Shown in pieces: positions 1 through 8,958 of a stretch of DNA of 17,928 bases. Under the pieces are notes generated by a model. It ran no database searches, was not told where the DNA came from, and saw only the letters and a list, made by a program, of their open reading frames with translations. The position numbers were made by a program, and so were the translations under genes. Origin of the DNA: Salinivirgaceae bacterium (lineage in GTDB: Bacteria; Bacteroidota; Bacteroidia; Bacteroidales; SZUA-534); the NCBI GenBank assembly GCA_024405635.1, contig JAKSOL010000033.1:1-17928 (forward strand), given 5' to 3'. Each line of letters begins with the position of its first letter. Within the stretch, counting starts at the first letter, position 1.

Positions 1-176
1 CTGAGCAACTTAAGGCTTGCTCATTCACCTTTAATTGTTTGGTTTTTCCTTGCCAATTTCTCCAACCTTGTTGGTCAATGGCTCTACATAGTTGGTTCTG
101 TCTGTTTTTTGCATAAATGGTTTGCGCTACGCACCCAGCAGCTTGTAAACAATAAAATATCAAGAGGTATAAAAAC

Positions 177-388
177 AAAAAACGTGGGTGTCATCACCTT
201 GCTCATCCCACGACTTGAGGCTCTTGCATTGCCGACGGAGTAGAACGAGCAATGCAGAACCCACGTGTATATAGTACGCACAATAAGGTGCATACGTACA
301 CAACGCGAGCATCTACCATTGCTTTGTTCTTGACTCCGTAAATGTTTGCAAGATTTCAAGTCGTCAAGATCAAGCGTAGTAAACGCTT
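177..388 (-). ncRNA. Putative structured leader/antisense-type RNA with mutually exclusive pairings (family not identified)
   Basis: Nested stems: 182-189/259-266 (ACGTGGGT/ACCCACGT, followed by a T-tract on the minus strand), 199-204/247-252 and 219-221/231-233. A long imperfect inverted repeat pairs 210-254 with 317-364. Further hairpins at 265-301 and 372-388. No convincing long ORF covers it. Confidence 0.5.
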
Positions 389-562
389 TTAGTATATTAT
401 AACCATCTCAAAAATTTATACTTAACATTGGCAGTTGTAGTTTGTTAAGCATAAAGTAAATGAGATGTGCGAATGTATAGTTTTTTTGAAATAGATAAAC
501 TGCCTCTAAATATTGCTAATCATCTATTTTGCTGCACCTATTTTATACACAAGTAATTATTG

Positions 563-570
563 TACTTTTG
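563..570 (+). promoter_or_regulatory. Bacteroidota sigma-A -7 element for yidC
   Basis: TACTTTTG(C) matches TAnnTTTG about 75 nt upstream of the yidC ATG. No clear -33 TTTG at canonical spacing. Confidence 0.55.
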
Positions 571-645
571 CGCTGCTTTTCAATTGGTGCATTTTATGCG
601 CAATGCTGAGCCTAAATATTTGATTATTAACATAAACCAAAAAAT

Positions 646-2502
646 ATGGATAAAAATTCGTGGATAGGAATGGCTCTTATTTTGGCCGTGTTGTTCGGTT
701 GGAGCTATTATACCCGCCCTTCAGAGGAACAAATTAAGCAATATCGCGAACGCCAAGACTCTATTGCGCGTGTTGAGCAAGCTAACCAATTGGCGCGCGA
801 GCAAGCCAACAAAAACACATCGGCAACTGCCGTTTTGAGCGATGCAGACGATAAAGATACTGCTGCTGTTGCAAAACTTTTAACCGATCAATTTGGCGAC
901 TTTGCTCCATTTGCAACTGGCAATCGCGAGTTTAATACCATCGAAAACGATTTGATGAAAATCACTTTCACCAATCTTGGTGGTCGCATTAGTTCAGTTG
1001 AATTGAAAAACTACAAGACATGCGATTCAACACCATTGGTATTGTTTAGTGGCGATTCTGCAGTGTTTAGTCTTGACTTTTTTGCACAAAATCGCCGCAT
1101 CTCAACTGGCAACCTTTTCTTTGCTCAAACTGCTACAGTTAAAGGCGGAGTGGTTGACACCGATTCGGCACAAGTAATTTACGCATTGAATTTGGACAAC
1201 AACCGTTCAATGGAGTTTGTTTACACCATTTATCGCAACAGTTACGAGATTGGGTTTGATGTTCGCATGAACAAAATGAACAAACTAATTCTTACCCAAA
1301 TGCGCTACATGCAACTAAACTGGCAAGCCTACATTACAGGTTTTGAAAAAGGTCGCAAATGGGAAACCATGAACTCAACCGTTGCTTACCGTTATTGGAA
1401 CGACGATGTTGATATGATATCGGAGCAAAAAGAAACTGCAAGCGAAACCATTAACAGCAAGTTGCAATGGATTGACTTTAAACAACAATTCTTCAACATG
1501 GCTTTGGTGTCAAACACAGGTTTCTTAAATGCAAACATTAGCAAGCAAAAGGTGCAAGACAGCAAGTACTTCTCAAAATTCACAGCCGACATTTCGGTGC
1601 CATTTGAGGGAACCGATAGCGAAACAATTTCGATGCGAATGTTTTATGGCCCAAACCAATACAATATTTTGAAAGACCTTGGCATTGGCTTGCAAAACAT
1701 TATTCCACTTGGTCGCAGCATTTTCCGTTGGGTTAACGTTGGAATTGTTATTCCACTATTCAACTTGCTTGGTAAGTTTATTAGCAACTACGGCATCATC
1801 ATTTTAATAATGACCATCATTATTAAACTAGTGCTTTTCCCATTGACTTACAAGTCATACATCTCAACCGGCAAAATGACAGCTCTAAAACCAGAGATTG
1901 ACAAGTTGAACGAGAAATATCCAAAGCAAGAGGATGCAATGAAAAAACAACAAGCCACAATGGAGTTGTACAAAAAAGCGGGCATCAATCCAATGGGCGG
2001 CTGCTTGCCAATGTTGTTACAAATGCCATTGCTTATTGCCATGTTCCGTTTCTTCCCTGCATCAATCGAGTTGCGCCAACAAAGTTTCCTATGGTGCGAC
2101 GACCTTTCAACCTACGATGCAATATTGAATTTGCCTTTCAATATTCCTTGGTATGGCGACCATGTGAGCCTTTTCTGCTTGCTGATGACTGTGGTTAATA
2201 TTCTGTACATTAAACTAAACGGACAAGCAACAGGCGGCCAACAAATGCCAGGCATGAAAATGATGATGTATATGATGCCAGTTATGATGTTGTTCTGGTT
2301 TAACGACTATGCTGCTGCATTGAGCTACTATTACTTCATTTCGTTGCTCATTACCATTGTTCAAACCTACGTGATGCGCCGTTTTGTAAACACCGAGGCT
2401 TTGCTTGCAAAAATTCACGAAACAAAAAAGAAAACCACAGTAAAGTCGAACTTCCAAAAACGCATGGAAGAAGCCGCAAAAAAACGCGGAATCAAATTCT
2501 AA
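646..2502 (+). CDS. yidC: Membrane protein insertase YidC
   Basis: N-terminal TM (WIGMALILAVLFGW), large periplasmic domain, and the YidC core motifs YGIIILIMTIIIKLVLFPLT, GINPMGGCLPMLLQMP and FLWCDDLS. Confidence 0.97.
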   Translation: MDKNSWIGMALILAVLFGWSYYTRPSEEQIKQYRERQDSIARVEQANQLAREQANKNTSATAVLSDADDKDTAAVAKLLTDQFGDFAPFATGNREFNTIENDLMKITFTNLGGRISSVELKNYKTCDSTPLVLFSGDSAVFSLDFFAQNRRISTGNLFFAQTATVKGGVVDTDSAQVIYALNLDNNRSMEFVYTIYRNSYEIGFDVRMNKMNKLILTQMRYMQLNWQAYITGFEKGRKWETMNSTVAYRYWNDDVDMISEQKETASETINSKLQWIDFKQQFFNMALVSNTGFLNANISKQKVQDSKYFSKFTADISVPFEGTDSETISMRMFYGPNQYNILKDLGIGLQNIIPLGRSIFRWVNVGIVIPLFNLLGKFISNYGIIILIMTIIIKLVLFPLTYKSYISTGKMTALKPEIDKLNEKYPKQEDAMKKQQATMELYKKAGINPMGGCLPMLLQMPLLIAMFRFFPASIELRQQSFLWCDDLSTYDAILNLPFNIPWYGDHVSLFCLLMTVVNILYIKLNGQATGGQQMPGMKMMMYMMPVMMLFWFNDYAAALSYYYFISLLITIVQTYVMRRFVNTEALLAKIHETKKKTTVKSNFQKRMEEAAKKRGIKF

Positions 2503-2526
2503 AAACAGAGTAAACCATAAAATCAG

Positions 2527-2564
2527 AAAAATCCTGCTCAAACAACTTGGGCAGGATTTTTTTT
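2527..2564 (+). terminator. Rho-independent terminator after yidC
   Basis: AAAAATCCTGCTCAA-acaac-TTGGGCAGGATTTTTTTT: a stem with one G-U pair followed by a T8 tract. Confidence 0.88.
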
Positions 2565-2714
2565 GCAAGTTACAATTGAAAAGCTGCCATCAAAGTGGCG
2601 TCATTGTTGACTCGTGTTAATATGATTGGTAGAGTGTTGATATTTATAAACTGTCAAAATCGAAGTTGAGGCAGTGTGTTTCATTATCTTTATGCACATA
2701 AAAACCGTACCAAT

Positions 2715-5700
2715 ATGTTTTTGATATTCGACACCGAAACCACAGGATTGCCAAAGGATTTCAAGGCTCCATTAACCGATTTTGAAAACTGGCCACGTTT
2801 GGTTCAACTTGCTTGGCAATGCCACGATGTGAGCGGAAACTTCCTTTTCAACAAAAATTTGGTTATTCGCCCTGATGGATTTGAAATTCCAGCCGAATCA
2901 ACCGCAGTTCATTGCATCACCAACGAGTTGGCAGCCCAAATGGGTGTGCCATTGACCGAGGCTTTAGCAGAATTTGCCGAAGATGTAAAAAAATCGCGTG
3001 TGGTGGTGGGCCACAACATTCAGTTTGATTTGAACGTAGTGGGTTGCGAGTATTTGCGTAGCCAAATGCCAAATGTGCTCGAAAACGCAAAATCGCTATG
3101 CACCATGAACTCTTCTACCGAGTTCTGCAACATAATGTTGCATGGGCATCTCAAGAGTCCTAAACTGTCGGAGTTGCATGCAAAACTATTTGGCGACATT
3201 TTTGCCGAGGCACATAATGCAGCAGCCGATGTTGAGGCAACAACCCGTTGTTTCTTAGAGTTGGTACGCCGCCGGATAATTCCTCTTGAACAATTGCAAA
3301 TGTCCGACGCCGAAATGGATGACTTTCAGGAGAATAACCCCGATGTAATTCGTCCTGCTGGAGTTGAATATGTGTCGTTTAAAACAGGTGAAATGATGGG
3401 CGGCAAAAAAGCCACAGAACCACAACCTGTTGCAGAAGAGCCAAATTTGGTTCCAGTTGAAGATGGAGTAACCCCTCGTCAGTTTGTGCATCTTCACGTT
3501 CACTCGCACTTTTCAATGCTCGATGGTATGTCGAAAATTGAAGATTTGGTTGACAAGTGCATGTCCAACAACATGCCAGCCATTGCCCTTACCGACCACG
3601 GCAACATGTATGGCATAAAAGTGCTAGCCGACTATTGCGACAAGGTGAACAATAAGCTACAAAACAAACTTGGCGACCTTCAGAAAGATTTGAAAAAGGC
3701 TGGCGACAATGCCGAAAAAGCGGCCGAAATTCAAGCACAGATTGACGATGTAAATGCTAAAATTGAGAAATTCGTTCCAATTAAGCCGATTTTTGGTATT
3801 GAGGCATATTGCGCGCGCCGCAGCCATTTTTATAACAAAGAATGGGCCGAAAAAAATCCCGATTTGAAAACAAAAGACGACGTGAGTGGTTGGCACCTTA
3901 TTCTTCTTGCCAAAAACAAAACAGGATACTTTAACCTTTGCAAACTAACATCGCTGTCGTTTATCGAAGGCATTTACCGCCGTCCACGCATCGATCACGA
4001 GTTGCTTGAAAAGTACCATGAGGGAATAATTTGCTGTTCGGCCTGCATTGGTGGCGAGGTGCCGCAATATATTATAAAAGGCGACCTTGAAAAGGCTGAG
4101 CAGTCGGCTTTGTGGTTCAAAAACCTTTTTGGCGACGACTATTACATTGAAATACAGCGCCACAAAACCAACAAACAAAACGCCAACTACGAAACATACG
4201 AAGAGCAACAACGTGTTAATCCGCATTTGATTGAAATAGCGCGAAAACACAACATAAAAATAGTGTGTACCAACGACGTGCACTTTGTTGAAGAAGACCA
4301 CGCCGAGGCTCATGACCGTTTGGTGTGCTTATCGACTGGTAAAAAGTTTTACGAAGATCGCATGCACTATACCAAGCAAGAGTGGCTTAAAACTCCCGAT
4401 GAGATGTATCCAATCTTTAGCGATATACCCGAGGCTCTTGAAAATACTCTTGAGGTAGCCCAAAAGGTTGAATTTTACGACATCAATTCGGGGCCAATCA
4501 TGCCAAAATTTCCTATACCTGAAGAATTTGGAACCGAGGAAATATATCGCCAAAAATTTACTGACGAGGATATTTACAACGAATTTACGCAAGACGAAAA
4601 CGGCAACGTTGTAATGACTCGCGAGGATGGCGAAAAGAAAATTAAGAAGATTGGCGGTTACCAAAAGTTGTACCGAATAAAGCTAGAGGCCGATTATTTG
4701 AACAAACTAGCTTGGGAAGGCGCCGAAATGCGCTACGGCAAAAATCTTGATCAAGCCATTGGCTCCGATGGCAACCCAGTGCCGCCCGAAATGGTTAAAA
4801 AACAAATAACATTTGAGTTGCACGTAATGAAAACCATGGGTTTCCCTGGCTACTTCCTCATTGTGCGCGACTATATTAGAGCCGCTCGCGAAGAACTCGA
4901 TTGCTGGGTTGGTCCAGGGCGTGGTTCGGCGGCAGGTTCGGTAGTCGCCTACTGCTTAAAAATTACCAACATCGACCCTTTGCGCTACGATCTTCTGTTT
5001 GAACGTTTTTTGAACCCCGACCGTATTTCGTTGCCCGATATTGATGTGGACTTTGAAGATTGCCGCCGTGGCGATGTAATTGATTGGTGTGCAAAACGTT
5101 ATGGGCCTGAAAAACTTGCGCACATCATTACTTACGGAACAATGGCAACTAAAAACTCGGTTGCCGATGTTTGCCGAGTTCACGATATTCCAATTCCGCT
5201 TACCAATGCCCTAAAAGGATTTGTTCCCGATAAATTCGACGATTTTAAAAACCCCGAAAGCGGAAAAACCTTTGCTTGGGAAAAAGAAAACGAAAACAAG
5301 AAAATTCCAAAAATCAATCTAAAAAACTGCTTTAAATATGTTCCTCAACTTAAGGCAGCTGTAAGCAAAGAGGATAATCCAGACTTGCAAGCTTTGCCAA
5401 CATATATGGAGACAAAGGAAACGGTTGCCGATGTGTTGAAATACGCAAGCCAACTTGAAAACACCAACCGACAAACTGGTGTTCACGCTTGCGGTGTGAT
5501 TATTGGTGCCGACGACCTTACAAATTATGCTCCAATTGCACTACAAGAAGATAAAGCAAGTGGCAGTTATGTAACAGTAACTCAATATGATGGACACGTA
5601 ATTGAAACGGTTGGACTTATAAAAATGGACTTTCTTGGTTTGTCAACTTTGACATTGCAAAAGGAAGCCATTCGCAACATTAAAAAGCGACATGGAATAG

Positions 5701-7508
5701 ATATTGACATTGAGGCCATTTCGCTTGAAGACGAGCAAGCTTATAAACTATTTTCGGCAGGGCGCACAGTTGGAGTGTTTCAGTTTGAGTCGCCTGGTAT
5801 GCAAAAATACTTGCGCGAACTGCAACCTCGCAAATTAACTGACCTTATAGCCATGAACGCCCTTTATCGTCCAGGACCAATTGCCTACATTCCAACCTTT
5901 ATTGAGCGTGCCCAAGGTCGCGAGCCTATCAGCTACGACTTGCCAATAATGGAAAAGTACCTAAAGGATACCTATGGCGTTACAGTTTATCAAGAGCAAG
6001 TTATGCTTTTGAGCCGTCTGCTTGCTGGGTTTACACGCGGCGAGAGCGACAAACTACGTAAGGCTATGGGTAAAAAACAAATGGCCATTCTAGCCGAACT
6101 AAAGCCAAAGTTCATCAATCAAGCAATGGAAAATCCAAACATTCAAGATGGAATTGAGCCCAAAATGAGTGAAGACAAATTGCGCGAAACTCTTGAAAAA
6201 ATTTGGAAAGACTGGGAGGCTTTTGCATCGTATGCGTTTAACAAGTCGCATGCCGCTTGCTATGCTTGGGTGGCTTATCAAACTGGTTATTTAAAAGCCA
6301 ATTACCCTGCCGAATACATGGCCGCCACTCTAACCTTGAACAAAGACGACATTAAAGAGGTTACCAAATTCATGGAAGAGTGTAAGGTGATGAAAATAAA
6401 GGTTAAAGGACCAAATGTAAACGAGTCGGAACTAAACTTTACCGTTAACAAGGCGGGCGAAATTTTGTTTGGACTAGGTGGCATTAAAGGCGTTGGCGAG
6501 GCGGCAGTAAACAAAATTGTGACTGAGCGCGAAAAGAACGGACCTTTTCAAAGCATATTCGATTTTGTTGAGCGAGTTGATTTATCGAGCTGCAACAAGA
6601 AAACCATTGAGAGTTTGGCCATGGCTGGTGCGTTTGACGAAATTACCGACATTCGTCGAGAGCAATTTATTGGCGTTGAAGGAGCCGAGTCGGCTTGCGA
6701 CGTGCTTGTGCGCTACGGAAACGCATTCCAAAGCGACAAGTCAACCAACGTAAACACTCTTTTTGGCGACGATTTAACTGCTCCAATTCCTAGACCAATT
6801 ATACCCGAAGTGCCCGAATGGAGTAACATTCAGCGACTAAATAAAGAAAAGGAATATGTTGGCATTTATTTGTCGGCCCATCCACTCGACCCGTATAAAT
6901 TCCAAATTGACTACTTATGCAAAACCAAATTGGTTGATATGACCGACTTTGAAAGCAAAGAAGGCCGATCGGTGTCGTTTGCTGGCATTGTTACCGATAG
7001 TTATACAGGCTTAACCAAAAAAGGTAACCCTTACTCAAGTTTTATAATTGAGGACTACTCCGGCTCTTTCAAAGTAATGTTGTTTGGTAAAAATCACGTT
7101 AATTTCAGCAAGTATGCGCAAAATGGACTATTCCTATACGTAACAGGAAAAATTGCGCGTCGCGAAGCATATCAACGTAAAGGCGAGCCCGCTCCCGATC
7201 CTAAATCACAACCTATTGAATTTCAGTTAACTGAAGTTAAATTACTTGACGATTTAGACACTGTTTCAATGATTAAGAACATTACCATTTCGGCAAACTA
7301 CCAAGACCTTAACGATGAAATGTTGGCTGAATTGATAGATGTTGTTACGGCAAACCAAGGCTCAACCGAGTTGTATATAACACTTACCGATAGTTCGTCG
7401 CTAATGAAACCAGTGCGAATGTTTTCAAGAAAAATGATGGTAAATGTTGATTCTGAATTGGTAAAAAAACTAAGTGCAATCGAAAATTTAAGTTTTAAAA
7501 TCAACTAG
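2715..7508 (+). CDS. dnaE: DNA polymerase III alpha subunit with N-terminal DEDDh (DnaQ/epsilon-like) 3'-5' exonuclease fusion
   Basis: Exonuclease motifs DTETTG, HNIQFD and HNAAAD. PHP motifs HLHVH, TDHG and NDVH. Polymerase motifs GPGRGSAAGS, PDIDVD, KMDFLGL and YAFNKSHA, plus a C-terminal OB fold. ATG at 2715 (MFLIFDTETTG) is preferred over the GTG at 2676. Confidence 0.97.
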   Translation: MFLIFDTETTGLPKDFKAPLTDFENWPRLVQLAWQCHDVSGNFLFNKNLVIRPDGFEIPAESTAVHCITNELAAQMGVPLTEALAEFAEDVKKSRVVVGHNIQFDLNVVGCEYLRSQMPNVLENAKSLCTMNSSTEFCNIMLHGHLKSPKLSELHAKLFGDIFAEAHNAAADVEATTRCFLELVRRRIIPLEQLQMSDAEMDDFQENNPDVIRPAGVEYVSFKTGEMMGGKKATEPQPVAEEPNLVPVEDGVTPRQFVHLHVHSHFSMLDGMSKIEDLVDKCMSNNMPAIALTDHGNMYGIKVLADYCDKVNNKLQNKLGDLQKDLKKAGDNAEKAAEIQAQIDDVNAKIEKFVPIKPIFGIEAYCARRSHFYNKEWAEKNPDLKTKDDVSGWHLILLAKNKTGYFNLCKLTSLSFIEGIYRRPRIDHELLEKYHEGIICCSACIGGEVPQYIIKGDLEKAEQSALWFKNLFGDDYYIEIQRHKTNKQNANYETYEEQQRVNPHLIEIARKHNIKIVCTNDVHFVEEDHAEAHDRLVCLSTGKKFYEDRMHYTKQEWLKTPDEMYPIFSDIPEALENTLEVAQKVEFYDINSGPIMPKFPIPEEFGTEEIYRQKFTDEDIYNEFTQDENGNVVMTREDGEKKIKKIGGYQKLYRIKLEADYLNKLAWEGAEMRYGKNLDQAIGSDGNPVPPEMVKKQITFELHVMKTMGFPGYFLIVRDYIRAAREELDCWVGPGRGSAAGSVVAYCLKITNIDPLRYDLLFERFLNPDRISLPDIDVDFEDCRRGDVIDWCAKRYGPEKLAHIITYGTMATKNSVADVCRVHDIPIPLTNALKGFVPDKFDDFKNPESGKTFAWEKENENKKIPKINLKNCFKYVPQLKAAVSKEDNPDLQALPTYMETKETVADVLKYASQLENTNRQTGVHACGVIIGADDLTNYAPIALQEDKASGSYVTVTQYDGHVIETVGLIKMDFLGLSTLTLQKEAIRNIKKRHGIDIDIEAISLEDEQAYKLFSAGRTVGVFQFESPGMQKYLRELQPRKLTDLIAMNALYRPGPIAYIPTFIERAQGREPISYDLPIMEKYLKDTYGVTVYQEQVMLLSRLLAGFTRGESDKLRKAMGKKQMAILAELKPKFINQAMENPNIQDGIEPKMSEDKLRETLEKIWKDWEAFASYAFNKSHAACYAWVAYQTGYLKANYPAEYMAATLTLNKDDIKEVTKFMEECKVMKIKVKGPNVNESELNFTVNKAGEILFGLGGIKGVGEAAVNKIVTEREKNGPFQSIFDFVERVDLSSCNKKTIESLAMAGAFDEITDIRREQFIGVEGAESACDVLVRYGNAFQSDKSTNVNTLFGDDLTAPIPRPIIPEVPEWSNIQRLNKEKEYVGIYLSAHPLDPYKFQIDYLCKTKLVDMTDFESKEGRSVSFAGIVTDSYTGLTKKGNPYSSFIIEDYSGSFKVMLFGKNHVNFSKYAQNGLFLYVTGKIARREAYQRKGEPAPDPKSQPIEFQLTEVKLLDDLDTVSMIKNITISANYQDLNDEMLAELIDVVTANQGSTELYITLTDSSSLMKPVRMFSRKMMVNVDSELVKKLSAIENLSFKIN

Positions 7509-7541
7509 TGTAATTTATTAACAATCAAAAAATTAAAGATT

Positions 7542-7862
7542 ATGGCAGAGCAAGTTACAGATGCAAATTTCGAAGAATTGGTGCTTAATTCGCCAGTTCC
7601 AGTAGTTGTTGATTTTTGGGCAACATGGTGCGGTCCATGCCGTGTTCTTTCGCCAGTTGTTGATGAATTGGCTGAAGATTTTGCAGGCAAGGTTAATGTT
7701 TATAAAATGAACATTGAAGAGAATGCCGATGCAACCACTGCAAAGTATGGCATTAGAAACATACCAACATTATTGTTTTTTAAAAATGGCGAGCAAGTTG
7801 ATAAACAAGTTGGTGCTTGCCCAAAAAATACTTTAGCTGACAAGATTAACGCGTTGCTTTAG
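7542..7862 (+). CDS. trxA: Thioredoxin
   Basis: 106 aa with the [10 protein letters not shown] active site and the IRNIPT cis-Pro loop. Confidence 0.96.
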   Translation: MAEQVTDANFEELVLNSPVPVVVDFWATWCGPCRVLSPVVDELAEDFAGKVNVYKMNIEENADATTAKYGIRNIPTLLFFKNGEQVDKQVGACPKNTLADKINALL

Positions 7863-7888
7863 TTTTGAATGTAGAAAAGGCAAACAAT

Positions 7889-7926
7889 AAAAAAGGCGGT
7901 TACTTTTTAAGTGACCGTCTTTTTTT
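7889..7926. terminator. Bidirectional intrinsic terminator between trxA and the convergent NlpC/P60 unit
   Basis: A6-GGCGGTTACTT-ttt-AAGTGACCGTC-T7, with tracts on both sides of the stem. Confidence 0.85.
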
Positions 7927-7950
7927 GTGTTTATAGGTTGAGGCGTTAAC

Positions 7951-8049
7951 TCACTCATGGTCGTCTAAATTCTTCTTTACGTACACAAACAACGCCACCA
8001 CAATAACAACTACTGCAAAAAGCGATTTTATTAGCAACGAAGGGGCCAT
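7951..8049 (-). CDS. Putative 32-aa single-TM membrane microprotein
   Basis: Manual translation gives MAPSLLIKSLFAVVVIVVALFVYVKKNLDDHE*. The ATG lies 10 nt after the NlpC/P60 stop and the ORF ends just before the terminator. Confidence 0.55.
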   Translation of the reverse strand: MAPSLLIKSLFAVVVIVVALFVYVKKNLDDHE

Positions 8050-8059
8050 AGTTCAAAAT

Positions 8060-8836
8060 TTAAAGTTGGCGCATAATAGCACGCAAAGTGTGTGAATATT
8101 GTTCGGTATCGACATTAAAAATACCGTAATGGTCAACCTTGTCAATGCGAACCACGCCCGACGAAGCGTGAATAATTTCGTTTTGCGAAATAAGAATACC
8201 AGCATGCGTTGTTCTATCGTCGCCCTCGTGACCAAAAAAAGCCAAATCGGCAGGTTGGGCATCGGCAATAAACGGAATGTGTTGTCCAACCGACTCTTGT
8301 TGCGATGCGTTGCGCGGCAAGTTAATGCCAATGGCAGCGTAGCACACTTGGGTTAAACCTGTGCAATCAATTCCAAACATTGATTTGCCTCCCCACAAAT
8401 ATGGCGAACCTAAAAATTGTTTGGCAAGTTCAACAACACTTTCGGCAGTGCGAGGTAAGTTGTTGCCCATTGGGTACGAATAAGTGTGCTTGCCAAGTTT
8501 AAAACCATCGCCATACAAAACAGAGCCCGCACCAATTGGCATTTTGTATTGGTTGTCAACCGTTACAAAGTCAATTTTTTTGCCAACAGTGTAAAAAGGT
8601 TGTTCGGCCAATTGCATAATCAGTTCGCTGTCAATAGGTGTTACAATCTTGCTGTTAATCCAACCTTCGTATCCGTCGTTTCGCAAATGAACCTTAGCCC
8701 AGTTGCCGTCGTCTTCAAGAACAATGTAAAGTTCGCCAAACAAAATTTGGGTTTCCATTTCCGATGTTTCACTTGGCTCGTGGCGGAGAGGAATAATAGC
8801 TTGGTTGCAAATGCAAGTTATTTGTGGTTGTTGCAT
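8060..8836 (-). CDS. SH3b + NlpC/P60 (C40) peptidoglycan peptidase, YkfC/dipeptidyl-peptidase VI-like
   Basis: N-terminal SH3b (PLRHEPSETSEMETQILFGE...GYEGWI), followed by LGSPYLWGG, GIDCTG (catalytic Cys), LPRNASQQ, THAG (His) and IIHAS. No signal peptide. Confidence 0.9.
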   Translation of the reverse strand: MQQPQITCICNQAIIPLRHEPSETSEMETQILFGELYIVLEDDGNWAKVHLRNDGYEGWINSKIVTPIDSELIMQLAEQPFYTVGKKIDFVTVDNQYKMPIGAGSVLYGDGFKLGKHTYSYPMGNNLPRTAESVVELAKQFLGSPYLWGGKSMFGIDCTGLTQVCYAAIGINLPRNASQQESVGQHIPFIADAQPADLAFFGHEGDDRTTHAGILISQNEIIHASSGVVRIDKVDHYGIFNVDTEQYSHTLRAIMRQL

Positions 8837-8958
8837 ATTGATAGGTTTTATGAAAATGTATTCAAAAGTGAAAAATTTTCTAACATTGACAAATATTAAG
8901 ATTCACGTTACACAGTCATTTGTAGTTGTGAAGTTAAAGCATTGAAAAACAGTTTAGT

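Noticed and set aside
84-359. 91-aa minus-strand ORF from the track
   Set aside because: It has a TTG start, no recognisable motif, and runs through the dense inverted-repeat structure. The region is better explained as structured RNA.
2676-2714. GTG start extending DnaE by 13 aa
   Set aside because: The exonuclease fold begins at MFLIFDTE (ATG 2715) after an A-rich leader. The extension overlaps a likely promoter region (TATCTTTA at 2685).
2715-7508. Intein as the cause of the unusually long DnaE
   Set aside because: No C/S-start...HN-C/S/T splice junctions or LAGLIDADG motifs were seen. The length is explained by the exonuclease fusion and short inserts.
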